DNA from: a virus
Direction: 5' to 3' (one strand)
Virus record (IMG/VR): IMGVR_UViG_3300025082_002887
Span: 1 to 64,000 of that record
Length of the DNA: 64,000 bases
In this document: piece by piece, positions 55,598 through 64,000 of the stretch
Layout of the letters: every line of letters starts with the position of its first letter
How positions within the stretch are numbered: position 1 is the stretch's first letter
The notes under the pieces: model-generated
Databases searched by the model: none
What the model was told of the DNA's origin: nothing
Seen by the model: the letters and a program-made list of their open reading frames with translations, nothing else
Position numbers and translations under genes: made by a program

Positions 55598-56008
55598 ATG
55601 GCAGTTGGATTTTCTCCAAAATTACCTTTGCAACCTGATTCTGTAGACGGGTTTTACAAATTAAATAAAACTTTAGGAGAAGTTGTTAAGCAAAATTTAA
55701 AAATGATTATATTGACAACGCCTGGCGAACGCATGATGCACCCAGAGTTTGGCGTCGGTGCCAGAAATTTTTTATTTGAGACAACAGACTCAACCTTCCA
55801 GGGTCTTACTGCTAAAATAAATGAACAAGTACGAAAATATTTACCCTTTATTGATATTGTAGATATTGGTTTAACAGACGAGAATCTAGAAAAAACAGAT
55901 AATTTTAATTATAAATCAACACACTATATGAGATTACAGCTAGTATATTATATTCCAAATTTAAACTTAAGTGATACTTTAAGAATCGTTGTTTCTACGA
56001 GCCCTTAA
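55598..56008 (+). CDS. Baseplate wedge protein gp25/GPW-like
   Basis: VKQNLKMIILTTPGERMMHPEFGVG..FLFE..YLP. Confidence 0.9.
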   Translation: MAVGFSPKLPLQPDSVDGFYKLNKTLGEVVKQNLKMIILTTPGERMMHPEFGVGARNFLFETTDSTFQGLTAKINEQVRKYLPFIDIVDIGLTDENLEKTDNFNYKSTHYMRLQLVYYIPNLNLSDTLRIVVSTSP

Positions 56009-56028
56009 ATAACAAGGAAAGATAAAAG

Positions 56029-57816
56029 ATGCCAAAAATAAAACCTTCTATAAATTATACAAGCCGTGATTTTGAATCAATTAGAACGGACTTAGAAACT
56101 TATGTAAAAAGATATTATCCTGATAATTTTAAAGATTTTACCGAGGCGTCTTTCGGCGCCCTGATGCTAGATACAGTTTCATATGTTGGAGACATGCTAT
56201 CTTTTTATGTAGATTACCAAGCGAACGAATCATATTTAGCGACCGCTAATGAATTTCAAAATATATTAAAATTAGGTTCAGAACTTGGATATAAATATAA
56301 ACCTTTCCCATCATCTTTTGGAGTGTGCAATTTTTATATAACAGTCCCCGCCGAAACGAATTCGCCCGCACCAGATGATAGTTACAAACCAATTTTGAAA
56401 AAAGGCTCAACCTTTTATTCTAGTGCAAATGTTATTTATACCTTACTGGAAGATGTAAATTTTGCAAAGAGCGCTAATCCAATCGTAGTCGCGAGCCAAT
56501 CAGAAACAGGGGCCCCCACTACATATGCCGTACGTTCGGCCGGCCAAGTAGTTTCTGGCGAACTAGCAGTCCAAGAGCAACCAATTGGTGAATTTCAAAG
56601 ATTTTTGAGAATTGCAGTAAAAGGACAAAATATTAGCGAGATAGTTCAAGTTTTTGACGACAATGGAAATCAATATTATGAAGTTGACTATCTTACACAA
56701 AATGTAATATATGTCCCCGTTTTGAACAAAGGCGACGACTCAAGCACGGTGCCTTATATAATAAAACCAGTAGCAGTATCGCGTCGATTTATGGTTGACA
56801 GTACTCCAAATGGCGTCTACCTACAGTTTGGGTATGGAAGCGAAGAGGCGCCAGTTTCGCTTAAAGACCCTTCTGAGGTAATTTTGCAGCTTCATGGCAA
56901 AGATTATACCTCTGATACTTCGTTTGATCCATCCATTTTGAATGAGACAGACAAACTAGGCGTCGTCCCGGCGGATACTATTTTAACAATAATCTATAGG
57001 ATCAACACTAATGAAAATACTAATTCAGCAGCCAACACGATAAGAAGGGTCGGAACCGCCGATTTCCAATTCACCGCGCCAGAAACTTTAGATAGCAACA
57101 AAAGAAGCTCCGTAATTAATAGTTTAGCAGTTTTAAATGAAGAACCAGTAATTGGCGATATAAGCGTAGTGACTGGCGAAGAGATTAAACAACGAGCAGT
57201 TGGAAATTTCGCAGCACAATATAGGGCCGTAACAAAACAAGATTATATTAGTATGGCTTACAACATGCCTTCTAAATACGGAAAATTTAAAAGATGCGCT
57301 ATAGAGCTAGATTCTGATTCTTATAACCAACGAAATCTTAATTTGTATGTTATTTCTGAAGATACAGACGGCACTTTAATAACGAGCAATGGTGCTCTTA
57401 AAGGTAATTTGAAGACCTGGGTCAACCAATATAAAATGATTAACGATACTGTTGATATATTAGATGCCAAAATCGCCAACATAGGCATTGAATTTAAGGC
57501 GCTTGCATTCTCTGGCGTAAATAAATATGACCTTTTGAACGAAGCAGCAACGGTCTTACGAAGCGCTTTTGATAAAGCGTTTTATATTGGTGAACCTCTT
57601 TTGATAACGGATGTATACCAGACTTTAAAATCAGTACCTGATTTAATGGATGTTATCGATGTCGATATTGTGATAAAAACAGGAGCCACATATGCAGATT
57701 CACCGATAAGTATCGAAAATGTAATATCTGCAGATGGAAGATATGTCGTGCCTCCATCGGATACAATTTTTGAGATTAAGTTTCCAAAATCAGACATATT
57801 AGGAACAATATTATAA
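56029..57816 (+). CDS. Baseplate wedge subunit (T4 gp6/baseplate J-like)
   Basis: YTSRDFESIR, YVGDMLSFYVDYQANE, LQFGYG, AQYRAVTKQDY. Confidence 0.85.
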   Translation: MPKIKPSINYTSRDFESIRTDLETYVKRYYPDNFKDFTEASFGALMLDTVSYVGDMLSFYVDYQANESYLATANEFQNILKLGSELGYKYKPFPSSFGVCNFYITVPAETNSPAPDDSYKPILKKGSTFYSSANVIYTLLEDVNFAKSANPIVVASQSETGAPTTYAVRSAGQVVSGELAVQEQPIGEFQRFLRIAVKGQNISEIVQVFDDNGNQYYEVDYLTQNVIYVPVLNKGDDSSTVPYIIKPVAVSRRFMVDSTPNGVYLQFGYGSEEAPVSLKDPSEVILQLHGKDYTSDTSFDPSILNETDKLGVVPADTILTIIYRINTNENTNSAANTIRRVGTADFQFTAPETLDSNKRSSVINSLAVLNEEPVIGDISVVTGEEIKQRAVGNFAAQYRAVTKQDYISMAYNMPSKYGKFKRCAIELDSDSYNQRNLNLYVISEDTDGTLITSNGALKGNLKTWVNQYKMINDTVDILDAKIANIGIEFKALAFSGVNKYDLLNEAATVLRSAFDKAFYIGEPLLITDVYQTLKSVPDLMDVIDVDIVIKTGATYADSPISIENVISADGRYVVPPSDTIFEIKFPKSDILGTIL

Positions 57817-59345
57817 TGGCTATTAAAAGATATAAAGCAGATGCAGACACAACAATAACAAACGCTTTTAAAGCAAACTTAACAACTCGCGGCGTGAGCG
57901 GCAATATGGGGCAATCAGATATACTTGAAGTGTTTTCAATTTATGCCCAAGAATCTTCTGCATCATCGGAATTGGAAAGAATTTTAATTAAATTTCCTGC
58001 TACCGGCACTGCGGCTGGGTACATTTCTTATGATAGAACACAAGGAAATATACCAGCCTCCGGGAGTGTTTCATTCTATTTAAGAATGTTTAACGCAGAG
58101 CACTCACAAACCACCCCTAAAAATTTTAATTTAATTGTTTCTGCGATTTCTCGTTCCTGGGCGGAGGGGCTCGGGTTGGATATGGAAGAATATACTGATG
58201 AAGGCGCCGCCAATTGGATGTCAGGAAATATTTCAGCTAGTGTCGATGACGATGGATCTTGGACGACGCCAGGTGGTGATTATTTAACAGACGTTTCTTC
58301 TTCTTTTACTGCATCTTTTGACACAGGATTCGAAGATGTAGAATTAGATATTACTCCATTGGTTGAACAGTGGATTAATAGTGCAGGTAATGAAGCAGTC
58401 TTAGGTTCTAAATCAAATTATGGCGTCGGAGTCAGACTGTCACCGACAGAAGATAGCGCGACTGATTCTTATTACACTAAAAAATTCTTTGCAAGAGGAT
58501 CACAATTTTTCTTTAAGCGCCCCTATATCGAAGCGCGTTGGGATTCTTCCACCAAGGATAATCGAGGAAGTTTTTATTATAGTAGCTCATTAGCGCCAGC
58601 GGCCGATAATTTGAATACAATTTATCTCTATAATTATGTGCGTGGGCAATTAAAAAACATTCCAAGCATTGGATCCGGCTCCATTTATGTTAGTGTTTAT
58701 TCTGGCTCCTCTGACAATTCTACACCGTCTGGTTCGAAATTACAATTAAGCGTCGGAGGAGACGTCGCCTCAACGAACCTTTTTAACATTACCGGAGGGA
58801 ATGTATCTACGGGCCTTTATTCAGCATCGTTTGCTTTTACGGGTTCGACCTCTTTGTCAGGCGTATTTGATGTTTGGCATAGCGGCAGTACAGAATATTT
58901 TACAGGAACAATTACTCCAGCAAGCTTAACGCAAAACTGGCCCGGGCAGTCTCACAACCCAAATCAACAGTATGTATCTAAAATTACAAATTTAAAATCT
59001 TTTTATTCGAGTCAAAATACAACTGCCAGATTACGTTTATATACTAGAAAGAAAGATTGGAATCCAAATATTTATAGTGTGGCTTCTTCAGAAGCTCCTA
59101 TTGACTTGGTAGAAGATGCCTATTATCGAGTATATCGCGTAAATGATAATTTGAGCGCGATATCTTATGGAACTGGAAGCGACAACAGCACGCGGTTATC
59201 ATACGATAATAATGGAAGCTACTTTGATATAAATATGTCTCTTTTAGAGCCAGACTATACGTATGCAGTCAAATTTGTTTACTATCTTAATAATCAATAT
59301 GTAGAACAGCCAGAAGAATTTAAGTTTAGAGTAGAGAAGGTATGA
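57816..59345 (+). CDS. Virion structural protein with DNRLRE-like beta-sandwich domain
   Basis: ADTTI, RILIKF, LDITPLVEQW, NYG, RPYIE. Ser/Gly-rich; baseplate context. Confidence 0.6.
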   Translation: MAIKRYKADADTTITNAFKANLTTRGVSGNMGQSDILEVFSIYAQESSASSELERILIKFPATGTAAGYISYDRTQGNIPASGSVSFYLRMFNAEHSQTTPKNFNLIVSAISRSWAEGLGLDMEEYTDEGAANWMSGNISASVDDDGSWTTPGGDYLTDVSSSFTASFDTGFEDVELDITPLVEQWINSAGNEAVLGSKSNYGVGVRLSPTEDSATDSYYTKKFFARGSQFFFKRPYIEARWDSSTKDNRGSFYYSSSLAPAADNLNTIYLYNYVRGQLKNIPSIGSGSIYVSVYSGSSDNSTPSGSKLQLSVGGDVASTNLFNITGGNVSTGLYSASFAFTGSTSLSGVFDVWHSGSTEYFTGTITPASLTQNWPGQSHNPNQQYVSKITNLKSFYSSQNTTARLRLYTRKKDWNPNIYSVASSEAPIDLVEDAYYRVYRVNDNLSAISYGTGSDNSTRLSYDNNGSYFDINMSLLEPDYTYAVKFVYYLNNQYVEQPEEFKFRVEKV

Positions 59346-62300
59346 GCAAAGATTATAAAGAACTTTTTGGCCAAAAAGATGTTATTCTAACAAATGCGGA
59401 CAGAGAAGTTTTAGGGTCAGAACTAGAATCTGTCGAGTACATGACAGAATATTTCAACAAGAAACAAAGATTTGTCCCTCCTGTCGACTTCACCAAGCCT
59501 AAAAATTTCGCCCGGTTTGGCTCAGCAGAAAAATACTATATTGATGCAATTGATAGAATTTATAAAACTTATCCGTATGATGGCTCACTAAAAGAACGAG
59601 TTCAGTGGGAGTTAAGTTCATCTTATTTTGACCTCCACGTTTTTGAAAACGGATACCCCCGTACAAATGGTTACGTACTTTTTTCTCCGGAAGGCTGGGG
59701 AACGAGAGTTGGCTCACAAGTCAATAACTTTGGTCTCTCGGATGCAGTTGAATATGTTCAAATTAAAGGCGGCCCCAATACTTCTCAGCGGAGTCAAGGC
59801 AAAGATATTCAGGACACAACAGGAGATTATAAAGATGGCTATGCTAATGTATGGGACCCCGTAAAAAATCGAACTTCTAACTTAGCTTTGGATCTTGACG
59901 AGGGCGTCACAGTTGAATTTTGGTTAAAAAAAGCAGCTGCGCTCGGCATCGGAGAATCAGTACTAGAAACAATATTTGATGCATGGAACGACGACGATTC
60001 CGCCGCCGCCTACGGTAGGCTCCAAATTCTCCACATTACGGCCGCCCCCAGCCTCATCGGAGTTTATTTCAGTTCGGGGTCTGTATACAATACTATGACA
60101 TCGCCTGCGTATTACTTGTCATTGGATGACCAGTGGCATCATTATGCAATTAGTTTGAAAAATGATGGTTCTAATTTAATCACTAAATTTTATAAAGATG
60201 GTGCATGCGTAAAGGAAGAAGCAGATACGACACTGAATGAAATTACTGGTTCTCTAATTGCGAATATTGGTGCTGCTCGACGCCCCTCGATAGTGCGCAT
60301 GGAAACCGCAACCTTATCACCCGCCCAAAAAATTGATGGGTACGGCAAACTTTCTGGTTCTATAGATGAATTTAGATTTTGGAAAACAGAAAGAACATCC
60401 CAACAGATCGGTCGCCAAATGATCGAACCGGTCGGTGGCGGCGCAAATACTGATGATGCGAATACTGATTTAGGTGTATATTATAAATTTAACGAAGGAA
60501 TCACTTCAGTTGCCTCAACTGATAATATTGTCTTAGATTATTCTGGTAGAATTAGTAATGGTAGCTTTGTAGGATATAGCACCTCTAGTAGAAACACCAA
60601 CTCAGCAATAGTTGAATCAGGAAAAGCATCAGAAGAGTTTAAAGATCCAATTCTTTATGATTTTCACCCAGATGTTATATCTTTTCGAGACACAAAAAAA
60701 TCTGAAGGACAAATTTATGATTATTCAAATAATTCATCCATTTATCATACACTTCCAACGTGGATATTAGAAGAAGACGAGCTTAAAGAATACTCTCCAT
60801 TAAGAAATTTAACTCAGATTATTGGCAGCTACTTTGATTCGTTAGCAAATCAAATTTGGACTCTTCCAAAATTAAAACATAAAAACTATTTAAGCTCAAG
60901 TTATAAAGCATATCCCTTTTCTGATAAGCTATTGGAATCAGTTGGGTTTTCATATTTTCCAGAATTATTTTCTGACGCGTCAGCCCTAGCTCAGTTCAGG
61001 AATAGAGACGATAACTTACTTTTTAAACAGAAATTATATGACGTAAAAAATCGCATATATCAAAATATCTACAATAATATTGTTTATATATATAAAACAA
61101 AGGGCACCGAAAAGTCTTTTAGAAACCTTATTCGTTGTTTTGGCTTCGATGATGAAATTTATAAAATAAATTTATATGGGAATAGAGTAACTTATCAATT
61201 AAAAGACAACTACTCATCCGTGGCAGAGTTTAAAAAGTATATTAATTTTGCGCTAACAGGCACACAAGAAGCAACCGTTTTTCCAGTTTCATCGAGCAGG
61301 AATCCAAACTCTACTTCATATATTTCTGGTACAGATAACAATGAATGTAGTTTTACATCATTCACAATGGAAACAGAAGTCGCCTTTCCTAGACGACACA
61401 GCCTCGCAGCTGCTAATACTGTAGTAGAATCCAGCAAAGGACCAAGCAAGTCTTTTAGAGCATATATACCTTTTAAAACCGCTTCTCTTTTTGGTACACA
61501 TCAAGTTAATGGCACAACAGAAAATGATTTAACATGGGCGTCAACTGATTATGCTAATTTTCAGGTGTCCGCTGTTAGAGATGAAGAATACTCGAAAAGA
61601 TGCCAATTCAAATTAACAGGCGTCGGCGCCTCTGTTATGCCAACCTTAACAAGCAGCTATTTCGATACAGTATTTGATGATACGCGCTGGACTTTTTCTG
61701 TAGCCTTAAGGCCGTCTTTGGAAGCAGATCTGCCATCCGGATCAATCCACTCTCCTTTTATAGTAGAATTTTATGGCGTAGAAAAAGTATTAGATATTAC
61801 TAACAACGAATTTTTCTTGACCTCTTCAATTGATTCAACTAGCGCTCAGCGGTTTATGAATAATCCAAAGAGTGTTTATATCGGCGCACACCTAGAGAAC
61901 TTTTCTGGAACACTGCAACAACGATCTGATGGAAATATTTCATCGACGCGAGTTTGGTTAACACATTTGCCAACCGGCACAATAAAACAGCACGCACAAG
62001 ACGTAAAGAACTACGGAACGTCAAGCCCATATAAAAGTGCGTATTTATATCAAACTTCAATGACCGGCACCCGCGTACCGGAAATTCATACGCTAGTATT
62101 AAATTGGACTTTTGACACAGTAACTGGATCTGATTCTGGCGGAGCATTTATTGGAGAAGATTTTTCTTCCGGCTCAGTTAGTTTACAAAACCGATATAAT
62201 TGGATTGGAAACATTGTAGGAAAACAATATTTACCAAAAGGTTACAATTTCCCAACTAATTTTTCTAGCTCTATTAATAAAAAGTATGTTTATTCTGCAA

Positions 62301-64000
62301 AAAAACAATTACCAGAGTTTGTAAACAGTTCAAACATGGTAAATATTTTGTCTGATGATGACATATTTTTTAATAAAGTTGATTTAGCGCGACCAACGAA
62401 TTATTATATGTATATTGAAAAAAGTATGTATCAAACCATATCGGAAGAAATGGTAAGAATGTTTTCTTCAATAAAAGATTTTAATAACCTGATTGGAGAG
62501 CCGGCAAATAAATATCGAAGCAGTTATAAGCATATGGAAAAGCTTCGACAACTCTTCTTTGAAAGGGTCGGCAATACACCAGATCTAGATAAATATATTG
62601 ATTTTTATAAATGGGTCGATCACACTTTAGATGTATTACTTGGCTATCTGGTACCGGCGTCAGCAGACATTAGCGATCAATATGGCAGCAATATTCGTAC
62701 GCTAGTAGAAAGTCACGTTTTAGAAAGAAACAAATATAAATGGCAATTCCCCACATTAGAAGATAAAGGATCAGACCCGGAAGGAAATATACTTGGCATT
62801 AATGAACTCCTTTATAATTGGGAATATGGCCATACACCCCTCGATCCTTTCAATTCGAAAAGTATCGCCTTTAATGGGATGACCGGTCATTCACTATTGG
62901 CCGCCCCAGCACCCGCTTCTGATTTGCTCTTCGGCGCCGATGGGGATCCCGCCAATGAACCCAAGTTTTCTTTATGTGCGTGGGTTAAGCCAGCCACGTC
63001 TCTCAGCACGAACTTTGGGGTTATAGGCCACGGCGCCTATTCCGCAACCAACGCCGGCTATGCTTTAGATATATCCACAGCACATAAAGTTCGAATGTCT
63101 ATCCGCGATGAAGACACCAATGCGAGCAACCTGTTGACTGCAATAGAAAATGCCGTTAGTTTGACACCTGGCGAATGGAACCACATTTGTGCAACTTATG
63201 ATGGTTCTTCCGCCGCCACTGGAATAACTATTTATGTTAATGGAGAGTCTAAGACAACGACAAAAACCACTGGCGGTTCCTATTCTGCGATGCACAATAT
63301 CAACTCCGATGTTACTATTGGGCGGAAATATTCAAATTTCACCTATGATAGCCAGGCCGAAGGTAATATTGATGAAGTTGCCGCCTTCGGCAAAGAGTTG
63401 TCAGCCACTGAAGTTACCGAGCTTTACCATTCGCGACATGCGTACGATCTAAACACCTTTTCTGCCCGGACCAGTTTAGTTTCATGGTGGAGAATGGGGG
63501 ATAAAGCCTCCGGAACATCCCCAAACTATACAATTCCTGATCTAGTTGGCTCTAACAACGCCACAATGACCAACTTTTCAGGCACCATAGACAGTGGGGT
63601 AGTCGACGATCATGCACCCTCTGTTCGGGACCAAATTCAAAAGTGCCTATGGTGGCGCCAGAGGGCAGAAAGAGATACTCCAGCCATCTCTTCATCCGCT
63701 AACGGCGTTAATTCTGATAAGCAGGCAATGCTTGATTCCATCAACAACGAGACAAACGCTAAGAACTATATGCTATATGATAGTGCAACTAGCACAACGT
63801 ATTCTGGTTCTACATTTGCAATTCGCCGATTAGCCAAACCATACAAATTTACAGTTGATGAGTCTCGTACGACCAAGGGCGGTACAAATTATTATCCCAA
63901 TAAAAAAGTTGATATTATTAAGTCTGAAATATTATTTGGGCAGCCAGCCTCTGACAATCCAGTCGCGCGGCTATCATTGCCACTTTCCGAACTCGAAGCT
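59342..64000 (+). CDS. Large tail/baseplate protein with LamG (ConA-like) domains, 3'-truncated (>=1553 aa, absent from ORF track)
   Basis: ATGA overlap at 59342 (MSKDYKELFG...). The same frame gives QWHHYAI..SGSIDEFRFW, IYKTKGTEKSFRNLIRCFG and EWNHICATYDG..GNIDEV, and is open at the window end. Frame checked at spot positions. Confidence 0.82.
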   Translation, partial: MSKDYKELFGQKDVILTNADREVLGSELESVEYMTEYFNKKQRFVPPVDFTKPKNFARFGSAEKYYIDAIDRIYKTYPYDGSLKERVQWELSSSYFDLHVFENGYPRTNGYVLFSPEGWGTRVGSQVNNFGLSDAVEYVQIKGGPNTSQRSQGKDIQDTTGDYKDGYANVWDPVKNRTSNLALDLDEGVTVEFWLKKAAALGIGESVLETIFDAWNDDDSAAAYGRLQILHITAAPSLIGVYFSSGSVYNTMTSPAYYLSLDDQWHHYAISLKNDGSNLITKFYKDGACVKEEADTTLNEITGSLIANIGAARRPSIVRMETATLSPAQKIDGYGKLSGSIDEFRFWKTERTSQQIGRQMIEPVGGGANTDDANTDLGVYYKFNEGITSVASTDNIVLDYSGRISNGSFVGYSTSSRNTNSAIVESGKASEEFKDPILYDFHPDVISFRDTKKSEGQIYDYSNNSSIYHTLPTWILEEDELKEYSPLRNLTQIIGSYFDSLANQIWTLPKLKHKNYLSSSYKAYPFSDKLLESVGFSYFPELFSDASALAQFRNRDDNLLFKQKLYDVKNRIYQNIYNNIVYIYKTKGTEKSFRNLIRCFGFDDEIYKINLYGNRVTYQLKDNYSSVAEFKKYINFALTGTQEATVFPVSSSRNPNSTSYISGTDNNECSFTSFTMETEVAFPRRHSLAAANTVVESSKGPSKSFRAYIPFKTASLFGTHQVNGTTENDLTWASTDYANFQVSAVRDEEYSKRCQFKLTGVGASVMPTLTSSYFDTVFDDTRWTFSVALRPSLEADLPSGSIHSPFIVEFYGVEKVLDITNNEFFLTSSIDSTSAQRFMNNPKSVYIGAHLENFSGTLQQRSDGNISSTRVWLTHLPTGTIKQHAQDVKNYGTSSPYKSAYLYQTSMTGTRVPEIHTLVLNWTFDTVTGSDSGGAFIGEDFSSGSVSLQNRYNWIGNIVGKQYLPKGYNFPTNFSSSINKKYVYSAKKQLPEFVNSSNMVNILSDDDIFFNKVDLARPTNYYMYIEKSMYQTISEEMVRMFSSIKDFNNLIGEPANKYRSSYKHMEKLRQLFFERVGNTPDLDKYIDFYKWVDHTLDVLLGYLVPASADISDQYGSNIRTLVESHVLERNKYKWQFPTLEDKGSDPEGNILGINELLYNWEYGHTPLDPFNSKSIAFNGMTGHSLLAAPAPASDLLFGADGDPANEPKFSLCAWVKPATSLSTNFGVIGHGAYSATNAGYALDISTAHKVRMSIRDEDTNASNLLTAIENAVSLTPGEWNHICATYDGSSAATGITIYVNGESKTTTKTTGGSYSAMHNINSDVTIGRKYSNFTYDSQAEGNIDEVAAFGKELSATEVTELYHSRHAYDLNTFSARTSLVSWWRMGDKASGTSPNYTIPDLVGSNNATMTNFSGTIDSGVVDDHAPSVRDQIQKCLWWRQRAERDTPAISSSANGVNSDKQAMLDSINNETNAKNYMLYDSATSTTYSGSTFAIRRLAKPYKFTVDESRTTKGGTNYYPNKKVDIIKSEILFGQPASDNPVARLSLPLSELEA

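Noticed and set aside
454-63833. Numerous short minus-strand and alternate-frame ORFs in the track (e.g. 6340..6978, 45845..46402, 54360..54881, 59628..59864)
   Set aside because: They are shadows of long plus-strand genes, with no recognisable motifs or evident SD sites.
1-64000. Stop-codon reassignment, as in some jumbo phages
   Set aside because: Code 11 gives near-complete coding density, and TAA, TAG and TGA all terminate genes at sensible boundaries.

Overview
This window is a gene-dense, AT-rich segment that looks like a large tailed myovirus (jumbo-phage-like) read in the standard genetic code. Support comes from Shine-Dalgarno sites, ATGA/TAATG gene overlaps, sigma70-type promoters, a tmRNA, a phage sigma factor and gp25/gp6-like baseplate genes. 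It has four blocks. (1) 1-14.7 kb: an array of unrelated cargo domains (ADP-ribosyltransferase-like, HhH-glycosylase-like, zincins, penicillin-binding-fold + MepA peptidase, ligase + nucleotidyltransferase). They share short N-terminal leaders (MKLLFENWRK.., MKLTKSKLKKIIKEE..) and C-terminal tails bounded by (L/I)-x-E sites, suggesting a family of capsid-packaged, protease-processed injected effectors, two of them with polymorphic-toxin-like architecture. (2) 14.8-22.3 kb: host-takeover/auxiliary genes (Fis-like HTH, tmRNA with tag ANDNVEFDYALAA, archaeal-type GAPDH-like protein, secreted trypsin-like protease, PIN-PhoH, Cas4/RecB-like nuclease). (3) 22.3-40.7 kb: an ~18 kb soluble glycan island with many glycosyl- and methyltransferases, a WbdD-like kinase-methyltransferase and an apparent nonulosonic (sialic-like) acid pathway with unusual tailoring enzymes. 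(4) 41.5-64 kb: sigma factor, baseplate hub/spike, gp25, gp6-like wedge and large tail proteins, including a >1550 aa LamG ORF that runs off the window and is missing from the ORF track. A recurrent (A/G)CTA(T/A)TTA-like motif upstream of genes is a candidate late promoter. All functional calls rest on motif recognition by eye; no searches were run.
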